A DNA stretch of 64,000 nucleotides. Origin: an uncultured Gemmatimonadales bacterium. Its GTDB lineage: Bacteria > Gemmatimonadota > Gemmatimonadetes > Gemmatimonadales > GWC2-71-9. A program made the translations under genes and the position numbers. Shown here one piece after another: positions 29,628 to 37,542 of this stretch. The notes beneath the pieces were generated by a model, which saw only the letters and a list, made by a program, of their open reading frames with translations, was not told the DNA's origin and made no database searches. Within the stretch, counting starts at the first letter, position 1. The number at the start of each line of letters is the position of its first letter. The DNA lies in contig CAVZZO010000001.1 of the NCBI GenBank assembly GCA_963779755.1, positions 352,001-416,000 on the forward strand. The letters are read 5' to 3'.

Positions 29628-30939
29628 GCTGTTCTCCAGACGAGACGGTATCGAGCGGAGCGCCAATCGCGCGCTCCAGGTCGGCGCGGGCATCGTTGGC
29701 GGCGCCCAGGGCTTCGGCATACTGGCTTTTGGCGTCGAGCATGGTGCGACGGGCATCCAGCACCTCCAGGCTGGAGGACCCTCCCAGCCCGTAACTCTGG
29801 AGCGCGATCTGATAGGCACGGGTGGCTTCCGGCAGCAGCTCGTCACGCAGGTACACTGCCTGAGCGAGCGCGGTGGCGGCCGTGGCATAGGTGGCGCGGA
29901 CATCCTGCTCCACCTGGGCTTCGAGGTCGCGGTAGGTGGCCGCCAGCTCCTGCTCGTGGTGTTTCGATTCGGCAACCTCTCCGCCGATATGATTCCAGAA
30001 GAAGAGCGGGAGGGTGAACCCGATCGACGTGGTGTAGCTGTTGGGGGCTCCGCTCACCACGTTCTTTTCGACGCTGACACCCAGGTCGGGAACCCAGAAC
30101 TCCTTGGCCAGCGAGGTGGCCGCGGCGGCCCCGGAGCGGACGCGGGCCAGCCCCTGCAACTCGGGACGGTCGCGCAGGGCAATGCCGACCAGCAGGGACA
30201 GCTCCGGCAGGCTGTCGGGGACGCTCAGGGTATCGGTGGTGGCGATGCCGCCACCTACCGTGCGGCCGAGGAGACGATTGAGGTTGGCCCGGGCGGTGGC
30301 GAGGTCACGCTGGTTGGCCAGCAGGTTGTTGGCGGCCTGGGCGACATCTACCCGCGCCTTGATGACGTCGAGGCGCGGCACGGTGCCTCCCTCGAAGCGC
30401 GCCTCGGTCTTCTTCAGAAAATCCTCCGCCAGCGCCTTGCCCTCCTCCAGATCCGACTGGTGCTGCAGCGCGACCAGAATGGCGTCATAGGTCTGCGCCG
30501 TCGCCGAGGTCATCTGCTGCACCAGCTGGACGTAGGCGAATTCGGTGCTGCCCACCTCCGCCCGGCCGATCCGGCCCAGGAGCAGGAACTTGGAGGGAAA
30601 GGGCAGGGTCAATCCGACGCTGACGTCGCTGCCGGTCCGGGTGCCGGGCTGGAAGGGCTTGGCCAGCCCGGCGTAGTCGCCCGCGATCTGGGGATCGGGA
30701 AAGGCGGTGAGCTGGACCTTCCGGGCCCGGGCCTGGGCGATCTGCTGCCGCGCTGCCTCGAGCGCCGGGTTGTGGGCCAGCACGCTGTCGATCGCCTGCT
30801 GCCGGGTCAGGGCCAGGGCGCCCGGCGCCCCGCTCTGGGCGCGGGCGGACCTGCCCACCACCACACTGCAGCCGAGTACGATCGCCAGGCCGCGCAGTCG
30901 TCTGAAGCCGGGGATCAGGTATCCCCGTTGGTGTCTCAT
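29617..30939 (-). CDS. TolC/CzcC family outer membrane efflux protein
   Basis: Two TolC repeats, LEVLDARR, ARADLERAIG. Confidence 0.9.
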   Translation of the reverse strand: MRHQRGYLIPGFRRLRGLAIVLGCSVVVGRSARAQSGAPGALALTRQQAIDSVLAHNPALEAARQQIAQARARKVQLTAFPDPQIAGDYAGLAKPFQPGTRTGSDVSVGLTLPFPSKFLLLGRIGRAEVGSTEFAYVQLVQQMTSATAQTYDAILVALQHQSDLEEGKALAEDFLKKTEARFEGGTVPRLDVIKARVDVAQAANNLLANQRDLATARANLNRLLGRTVGGGIATTDTLSVPDSLPELSLLVGIALRDRPELQGLARVRSGAAAATSLAKEFWVPDLGVSVEKNVVSGAPNSYTTSIGFTLPLFFWNHIGGEVAESKHHEQELAATYRDLEAQVEQDVRATYATAATALAQAVYLRDELLPEATRAYQIALQSYGLGGSSSLEVLDARRTMLDAKSQYAEALGAANDARADLERAIGAPLDTVSSGEQHDH

Positions 30940-31109
30940 GCCATCCCCTGTGTCAGGATGCTCCGGGTGAAGTCGCAGCATCCGTCGCGGCCGCGCCACC
31001 GCCCCCGCTAGGCCGGGAGCTGCACGACGGCGTGCCGGATGTACACCCTGCGGTCAACGTCCTGGGGGACGCCTGCCGCGTACCTCATGTCAGTTTGTGA
31101 TGGGAAACT

Positions 31110-31448
31110 TCAGACGGCGGGAGGGGCCCGGCTCTGCGTGGTGCGGATGGCGGCGGCCCGGGGGGGCAGCGGCGCCGGCTCCGCCTGGGGACGGGAAGCA
31201 AGCTCGGCCAGCGACTGGATGCCGGAGACGGACGCCCCCACCACCTGCGGCTGCATGGTGACCACACCGAGAACACAGTGCTCGGCGTGGTTGTGGCATC
31301 CTCCGGCGGGATCGTAGTGCGGCCGAAGCGGCTGCTGGTGGTCGGAGCCAAGATGATGGGCCAGCAGGTCAAATCCGGGCAGGCCGATGCCGCTCCCCAC
31401 AAACGCGGTGAGGAGAAGGAGGGCGGCCAACCTCTGGAAGCGACGCAT
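31110..31448 (-). CDS. Secreted His/Cys leader protein with C-terminal RAPP motif (DUF2946/CruR-like)
   Basis: 112 aa: signal-like N-terminus, AHH..PH..CHNHAEHC, ends QSRAPPAV. Confidence 0.78.
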   Translation of the reverse strand: MRRFQRLAALLLLTAFVGSGIGLPGFDLLAHHLGSDHQQPLRPHYDPAGGCHNHAEHCVLGVVTMQPQVVGASVSGIQSLAELASRPQAEPAPLPPRAAAIRTTQSRAPPAV

Positions 31449-31557
31449 GGCGGAGCAATGTAGTAGAACGCCTGCGGGGCTTACAACCCGTTGCACGCCG
31501 GCAGGTGCGGAATGCTCCCGGCACTCAAGACCCGCGAGACATCGGTCGGCTGCCGGC

Positions 31558-31604
31558 TTGACGAGCCGTTCCATCGTTGTAGCTTCAATGTATCTACATA
31601 GACA
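31558..31604 (+). promoter_or_regulatory. mazEF promoter/operator
   Basis: TTGACG-16 bp-TAGCTT followed by imperfect palindrome ATGTATCTACAT, resembling MazE operators. Confidence 0.5.
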
Positions 31605-31615
31605 GCAGGTTCAGG

Positions 31616-31855
31616 ATGTTAGCCCGTATTTCAAAGTGGGGAAACAGTTTAGCTGTGCGGATCCCCCGTGCCTTCGCCGCCGAGCTGGGCATTCAGGAGG
31701 GTGTGGAGGTGGAGATGTCCGTGGAGGACGGCCGCCTGGTGATCGCGCCGGCCCGGCCGGAGTACGGACTGGAAGAGCTGAGCGCCGGGATCACGCCGGA
31801 AAACCGCCACGATGAAACCGACTGGGGCCGCCCCACCGGTGGTGAGGTGTGGTGA
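31616..31855 (+). CDS. mazE: MazE/AbrB-family antitoxin
   Basis: KWGNSLAVRIP ... ITPENRHDETDWG.PTGGEVW. Confidence 0.93.
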   Translation: MLARISKWGNSLAVRIPRAFAAELGIQEGVEVEMSVEDGRLVIAPARPEYGLEELSAGITPENRHDETDWGRPTGGEVW

Positions 31856-32169
31856 CTCCCGACCGGGGAGACCTGGTATGGATCAGCACCGAGCCCCGGG
31901 ATGGGGGTCCCGTGTCCCGCCGACCCGCGCTGGTCGTTTCTCCGGCGCGGTATAATGAACGCTCCGGCCTGGCGCTTATGTGCGCCATCGCCAGCCGGGT
32001 GAAGGGCTATCCCTTCGAGGTGAGGTTACCCGACGGGCTACCGGTGGCCGGCGTGGTGTTGTCGGATCATCTACGCAGCACCGATTGGCGGGCACGCGAG
32101 GCGGAGATCATCGCTCGCGTTCCCGATCGCGTCACGGGAGAGGTTCTGGCCAAGCTCAAGCCGCTATGA
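31849..32169 (+). CDS. mazF: MazF/PemK-family toxin, degenerate active site
   Basis: PDRGDLVW, RRPALVVSP, KGYPFEV, DWRAR. Confidence 0.88.
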   Translation: MVTPDRGDLVWISTEPRDGGPVSRRPALVVSPARYNERSGLALMCAIASRVKGYPFEVRLPDGLPVAGVVLSDHLRSTDWRAREAEIIARVPDRVTGEVLAKLKPL

Positions 32170-32272
32170 GTCCGCAGATTGCGCAGATTTGGCCCTGCTG
32201 TGCTGCAGATTACACAGATCCTGCCGTCCTGCCGTCCTGCCGTCCTGCCGTCCGAGGACTGAGGACTGAGAA
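32167..32272. repeat. Composite repeat tract: CAGAT nonamers, (CCTGCCGT)4 and GAGGACT heptamers
   Basis: Directly visible tandem units between mazF and the 2Fe-2S gene. Confidence 0.85.
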
Positions 32273-32284
32273 CCGCGAGGCGCG

Positions 32285-32794
32285 ATGAAAGTAACCGGCA
32301 TATTCATAGTCAACGGGGAGCCGCGCGAGATCCTCTACCCCGAGCACAAGACGCTGCTGGAAGTATTGCGGGAGGAGCTCGCGCTCACCGGTACCAAGCA
32401 TGGCTGTGAGCTGGGGGAGTGCGGAACCTGCACCGTGCTGATCGACGGCGAGCCGCAGCTTTCCTGTCTGGCGCTGGCTCGAGCGGTGGAAGGTCGCGCG
32501 ATCACCACCGTCGAGGGCATGGCCGACGGCCCTGTTCTGCATCCGCTGCAGCAGGCGTTCGCCGAGCTGGGCGCGGCCCAGTGCGGCTACTGCACGCCCG
32601 GTATTCTCCTGGCGGCCCAGGCGCTGGTCCGGGAACAACCGGATCCCACGCGAGAGCAGATCAAGGAAGCGCTGGCCGGCAATCTCTGCCGCTGCACCGG
32701 GTACGTAAAGATCTACGAGGCGGTGGAGCTGGCGGCGGCGCGGATGCGGGGCGAGGATGCCGAGCCGAAGCGGGAGGCGCTATATGGATACTGA
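32285..32794 (+). CDS. Molybdenum hydroxylase family 2x[2Fe-2S] subunit (HcrC/CoxS-like)
   Basis: GCELGECGTC..SC, QCGYCTPG, NLCRCTGY. Confidence 0.93.
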   Translation: MKVTGIFIVNGEPREILYPEHKTLLEVLREELALTGTKHGCELGECGTCTVLIDGEPQLSCLALARAVEGRAITTVEGMADGPVLHPLQQAFAELGAAQCGYCTPGILLAAQALVREQPDPTREQIKEALAGNLCRCTGYVKIYEAVELAAARMRGEDAEPKREALYGY

Positions 32795-35246
32795 CCGCCT
32801 GACCGCCCGCCCGCCCGACCGCCTCCACATTATCGGCACCGCGCGGCCCAAGGTGGATGCCGCGGCCAAGGTCACGGGGCAGACGCTCTTCGCCGACGAC
32901 ATCGTCCTGCCGCGGATGCTCTTCGGGAAGCTGCTGCGGAGCCCGCACCCGCATGCACGCATCACGGCCATTGATACCTCGAAGGCACGCGCGCTCCCCG
33001 GGGTGCACGCAGTGATCACCGGGAAGGACCTGCCCATCCCCTACGGCATTCTCCCGGTGAGCCAGGACGAGCATGCGCTCTGCCCCGATGTGGTGCGCTT
33101 CATCGGCGATCCGGTGGCCGCGGTGGCGGCGGCAGACGAGGACACCGCCGCCGCCGCCTGCGAGCTGATCGAGGTGGCCTACGAGCCGCTCCGGGAGATC
33201 GGCTCGGTGGATGACGCGGTGAAGCACCCGGCGCCGCAACTGCATGAGTATGCCGACGAGGGCAATCTCCACAAGCTGGTCCATCTCGAGTTCGGCGACC
33301 TCGATGCCGGGTTTGCGCAGGCCGATCTGGTGCGGGAAGACCTGGTCTTCTACGAGGGCAATACCCACCTCCCCATGGAGCAGCACGCCGCGGTGGCGCA
33401 GTGCGCGGCCGACGGCCGGCTGACGCTGTGGTCCAGCACCCAGACGCCGCATTACGTGCACCGGGCCCTCTCGTGCGCGCTCGATCTGCCCCCCAGCCGC
33501 ATCCGGGTGATCGCCACGCCCAACGGCGGCGGCTTCGGCGGCAAGAGCGATCCATTCAATCACGAAATCGCCGTGGCCAAGCTGGCCCTGCTGACGGGCC
33601 GCGCGGTGAAGATCACGTTGACCCGTGAGGAGGTGTTCTACTGTCATCGCGGGCGGCACCAGGTGCTGATGCGGGTGCGCACCGGGGTGAAAAAAGACGG
33701 CGCCATCACCGCGATGGACTTCGAGTCCTACCTCGATGGCGGGGCCTACGGTTCCTACGGCGTGGCCAGCACCTATTACACCGGTGCGCTGCAGACGGTG
33801 ACCTACCAGGTGCCCGCCTATCGGTTCCGCGGGACGCGTGCCTTTACCAACAAGCCGCCCTGCGGCCCCAAACGGGGGCACGGCACCCCGCAGCCCCGGT
33901 TCGCGCTGGAGACGCAGCTCGACAAGATCGCCGAGCAGCTGAAGATAGACCCGGCGGAGCTGCGCCTGCGCCACCTCCAGCCGCCCGACTCGGTGACGGC
34001 CAACTGGCTGCGCATCGGGACCATGGGACTGGGCGAATGCATCCGCAAAGTGGTCGAGGGCTCCCGCTGGAAGAGCCGGTTCCGCCAGCTGCCCTACGGC
34101 CGCGGACTGGGCCTCGCCTGCTCGTCGTATATCACCGGTGCCGGGCTGCCCATCTACTGGAACGACATGCCCCATTCCGGGGTGCAGATCAAGTGCGACC
34201 GGGGCGGCGGGGTGACGGTGTTCTGCGGGTCCACCGACATCGGCCAAGGATCGGATTCGATTCTGGCGTATGTGGTGAGCGAGGTGCTGGGCATCGACCC
34301 GGCCACCATCAAGGTGGTGACGGCCGATACCGACCTGACGCCGGTGGACCTCGGTTCCTATTCCTCCCGGGTGACTCTGATGACGGGGCAGGCAGCCATT
34401 CAGGCGGCCGGGCGCGTGCGCGGCATGATTGTCCCGGCGGTGGCGGGGAAGCTCGATGTGCCCGCCGCCAGGCTGGTGTTCGCGGAAGGCCGGATCTTCG
34501 ACAGCAGCGATCCGGAGCGCGGCGTGACATTCGCCGAGGGGGTGGTGGCGGCCGAGACGGCGGCCGGCACCGTCGGCGCGGTGGGCAGCTACAAGCCGCC
34601 GCGCTCGCCGGGGCGCTACCGCGGCGCCGGGGTGGGGCCGTCGGCGGCCTACAGTTACTCGGCGGCGGTGGCGGAGGTGGAGGTGGATGCCGAGACCGGC
34701 ATCGTGCGGGTGCCGACCATCTGGATCGCGCACGACATCGGGCAGAGCCTCAACCCCGCGCTGGTGATGGGGCAGGTGGAGGGGAGCGTGTATATGGGGC
34801 TGGGTGAAGCACTGATGGAGGAGATGGCCTATCGGGAGAACCGGCACGTGGTGCACAAATGGCCCTCGCTGCTGGAATACAAGAGCCCGACCACGCATGA
34901 GATGTGCGACGTGATCACCTACCTGGTGGGCGAGCCCGATCCCAACGGCCCCTTCGGCGGCAAGGAGGCGGGGCAGGGGCCGCTGCTGCCCGTCATGCCC
35001 GCCGTCGCCAACGCGATCTACGACGCCGTGGGCGTCCGGATCGATGAAGTGCCGATGAGTCCACCCAAGGTGCTGAAGGCCGTGCAGGCCAAGGCCAAGG
35101 GCGGCGAGCCGCGATTCGGGCCCACCAAAGTGCCGCAGGTGCGGTGGCCGGAAGCGGTGCGGGTGAAGACGCCGGCGGAGGGGGGAGATGGACGAGCGGA
35201 GACGGCAGGACGGCAGGACGGCAGGACGGCAGGAGGAAAGAGCTGA
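32784..35246 (+). CDS. Xanthine dehydrogenase family molybdopterin-binding subunit (HcrA-like)
   Basis: STQTPH, GGGFGGK, KRGHG, DIGQGS, SYSSR, GQVEG, KEAGQG. Confidence 0.9.
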   Translation: MDTDRLTARPPDRLHIIGTARPKVDAAAKVTGQTLFADDIVLPRMLFGKLLRSPHPHARITAIDTSKARALPGVHAVITGKDLPIPYGILPVSQDEHALCPDVVRFIGDPVAAVAAADEDTAAAACELIEVAYEPLREIGSVDDAVKHPAPQLHEYADEGNLHKLVHLEFGDLDAGFAQADLVREDLVFYEGNTHLPMEQHAAVAQCAADGRLTLWSSTQTPHYVHRALSCALDLPPSRIRVIATPNGGGFGGKSDPFNHEIAVAKLALLTGRAVKITLTREEVFYCHRGRHQVLMRVRTGVKKDGAITAMDFESYLDGGAYGSYGVASTYYTGALQTVTYQVPAYRFRGTRAFTNKPPCGPKRGHGTPQPRFALETQLDKIAEQLKIDPAELRLRHLQPPDSVTANWLRIGTMGLGECIRKVVEGSRWKSRFRQLPYGRGLGLACSSYITGAGLPIYWNDMPHSGVQIKCDRGGGVTVFCGSTDIGQGSDSILAYVVSEVLGIDPATIKVVTADTDLTPVDLGSYSSRVTLMTGQAAIQAAGRVRGMIVPAVAGKLDVPAARLVFAEGRIFDSSDPERGVTFAEGVVAAETAAGTVGAVGSYKPPRSPGRYRGAGVGPSAAYSYSAAVAEVEVDAETGIVRVPTIWIAHDIGQSLNPALVMGQVEGSVYMGLGEALMEEMAYRENRHVVHKWPSLLEYKSPTTHEMCDVITYLVGEPDPNGPFGGKEAGQGPLLPVMPAVANAIYDAVGVRIDEVPMSPPKVLKAVQAKAKGGEPRFGPTKVPQVRWPEAVRVKTPAEGGDGRAETAGRQDGRTAGGKS
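35201..35234. repeat. (ACGGCAGG)4 array in the last codons of the Mo subunit
   Basis: Exact reverse complement of 32219..32252. Confidence 0.9.
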
Positions 35247-36238
35247 TGCTCCGGCTTCCCGAGTTTACGGCGGAGTTTCCCGCGCGCATCGAGGACGCGG
35301 TAGCGCTCAAGGCACAACACGGCTCGAAGGCCGTCTACGCGGCCGGCGGCACCGACCTCTATCCCAACATGAAGCGGCGGCAGCAGACGCCGGCGGTCGT
35401 GGTGGACGTTCGCCGGGTTCCCGAGCTGCAGCGCCTCGAGCCCGACGCCGAGGGGACGCTGCATATCGGCGCCGCGGTGAGTCTCACGCGCCTGATTCGC
35501 GATGTGCGGGTACGGGAGGCGTGGCCGGTGCTGTCGCAGGCGGCGCGGGAGATCTCCACCCCCATCCTGCAGAACATGGGGACGGTGGGCGGCAACCTGT
35601 TGCTGGACACGCGCTGCAACTACTACGATCAGAGCTTCGAGTGGCGCAAGGCGATCGACTTCTGCATGAAGAAGGACGGCGCCATCTGCTGGGTGGCTCC
35701 TTCCAGCCCGCGCTGCTGGGCGGTGCAGTCGAGCGATCTGGCGCCCGTCATGGTGGCGCTCAACGCCAGCGTGGTGCTGGCGGGGCCGGGCGGCTCCCGG
35801 ACGCTGCCGGTGCGGGAACTCTATCGTGACGACGGCATCGCGTTTCTCACCAAGGAGCCGGACGAATTGCTGGTGGAAGTCCGGGTGCCGCCGCTGGAAG
35901 GCCGCGCCTGTTATGTCAAGCTGCGCCGCCGCGGCTCGTTCGACTTCCCGGTGCTGGGAGTGGCCGCGTGGGCGGTTTTCAACCACGACCGGACCGTCCG
36001 CGAGGCGCGGATCGTGCTGGGGGCGGTCGGCTCCTGGCCCAAGCCGTGCGCCGAAGCCGCGGAGCTGCTGCAAGGCCGCCGGCTGGACGACGAGGCGCTC
36101 GATGCCGCTGCGCGGGCCGCCGCCCGGCTGGGCAAACCGCTGGACAATACCGATTTCACCATTGGCTGGCGCAAGGACATGGTCCCGGTTCACGTGCGAC
36201 GGGCGCTCGCCCGGCTGGCGGAGGCAGTGCCGGGGTGA
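35246..36238 (+). CDS. FAD-binding subunit with HcrB-type [4Fe-4S] insertion
   Basis: AGGTDLYPNMK, NMGTVGGNL, insertion RCNYYDQ..FC.K..G.IC..PRC, RRRGSFDFP. Confidence 0.9.
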   Translation: MLRLPEFTAEFPARIEDAVALKAQHGSKAVYAAGGTDLYPNMKRRQQTPAVVVDVRRVPELQRLEPDAEGTLHIGAAVSLTRLIRDVRVREAWPVLSQAAREISTPILQNMGTVGGNLLLDTRCNYYDQSFEWRKAIDFCMKKDGAICWVAPSSPRCWAVQSSDLAPVMVALNASVVLAGPGGSRTLPVRELYRDDGIAFLTKEPDELLVEVRVPPLEGRACYVKLRRRGSFDFPVLGVAAWAVFNHDRTVREARIVLGAVGSWPKPCAEAAELLQGRRLDDEALDAAARAAARLGKPLDNTDFTIGWRKDMVPVHVRRALARLAEAVPG

Positions 36239-36317
36239 CCTGAAACACGTCGGGCAGCCTGCGCGTCGCCTATGATACCGTGGCCCGGTCCCGGCTCCTC
36301 ATGCCCGGAGTGCCCGC

Positions 36318-36584
36318 ATGCCTTGCCTGTTCGCCCTCATCGCGCTGCTGACCCCCCGCCTGGTCATCGTTCTCCTGTGGCTGTTCACCAACTGGTGGCA
36401 GGGTCTGTTTTCCAGCGCGCTGTGGCTCATCCTCGGCCTGATTTTCCTGCCCACCACCCTGCTCTGGTACAGCGCCGTGCAGCACTGGTGGGGCGGCGTC
36501 TGGGGCCTGTGGCAGATCGTGGGTCTGGTGATCGCGCTGATGATCGACGTCTCCCCCGCCAGTGGGCGCCGGCGCCGGGACTGA
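36318..36584 (+). CDS. Small Trp-rich membrane protein
   Basis: MPCLFALIALLTPRL..LGLIFLPTTLLWY; about 3 TM segments, GGAG RBS. Confidence 0.75.
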   Translation: MPCLFALIALLTPRLVIVLLWLFTNWWQGLFSSALWLILGLIFLPTTLLWYSAVQHWWGGVWGLWQIVGLVIALMIDVSPASGRRRRD

Positions 36585-36596
36585 GCGGCTTTCTCG

Positions 36597-37481
36597 CTAG
36601 GCGTCGCCTTCCTGGACCAATCGCGGGATCCTGGCCGTCTGGCGGACCGCGGCGTCCTTGACGTCCTCAATGAAGAGCTGCAGGTGAGGGAAGGGGATCT
36701 CGATCCCGGCGTCGTCCAGCGCAACTTTGCAGGCTTCAATGGTGCGGAAGAAGACCGGCTTTTCTTCCGAGGCGTCGCTGATCCAGACCCGGACCTCGAG
36801 ATTCACGCTGGAGTCGCCCAGCTCGAGCGCTACCACCGTCGGTTCCGGATCGGTCATGACCCCCTCCAGTCCCCGTACCGCCTCCAGCATCACGCGGCGC
36901 GCCTCGGCGATCTTTTCCTTATAAGCGATCCCGACGGGCACGTTGACGCGGGTGCGCCCGTACATCGAGTGATTGACCAGCATTTCCCCGATGATTTGCT
37001 TGTTGGGCACCACGGCGTAGGTATTCTCCTGCGTCCGGATCCGGGTGGTCCGCATGGTGATGTCCTGGACCCGGCCGTACTGGTCGTTGAGGCTGATATA
37101 GTCGCCAACCTCGAAGGGTCGATCCCAGAAAATCAGAAACCCGGCGATCATATTCGAAAGGGATTCCTGGGCCGCGAATCCGATGGCGATGCCCGCCACG
37201 CCGATTCCGGCTAATGCGGCGGCGATATTGATTCCCAGCTGGGCGGCCGCCATGACCACGCCAAATGCCAGGATGGTGAAGCGGTAGACGTTATCCACCA
37301 GCAACCGGTTCAGGGCGTCGTCGATCCGGGCCCGGCGAAGCAGTCCTCGCAAGGCGGGCCGGGTAAGCCGCTCCAGGACCCAGAAGAAGAAGAGGACGAG
37401 GAGAGCCGCTCCCAGCTTGGGGAGAAAGTCGATGACCTTGTTGGTGAGATACCGCGTATCAAGAAGATCGGGGAGGGACAT
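36597..37481 (-). CDS. mscS: Small-conductance mechanosensitive channel
   Basis: GIAIGFAAQESLSNMIAG, RPFEVGD, GIEIPFP. Confidence 0.92.
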   Translation of the reverse strand: MSLPDLLDTRYLTNKVIDFLPKLGAALLVLFFFWVLERLTRPALRGLLRRARIDDALNRLLVDNVYRFTILAFGVVMAAAQLGINIAAALAGIGVAGIAIGFAAQESLSNMIAGFLIFWDRPFEVGDYISLNDQYGRVQDITMRTTRIRTQENTYAVVPNKQIIGEMLVNHSMYGRTRVNVPVGIAYKEKIAEARRVMLEAVRGLEGVMTDPEPTVVALELGDSSVNLEVRVWISDASEEKPVFFRTIEACKVALDDAGIEIPFPHLQLFIEDVKDAAVRQTARIPRLVQEGDA

Positions 37482-37542
37482 GCAAGGCTCCGGGTTCAGG
37501 ATCTACAGGAGTCTGGCCGCGCCGCGGGCGCGGGACAACCGT

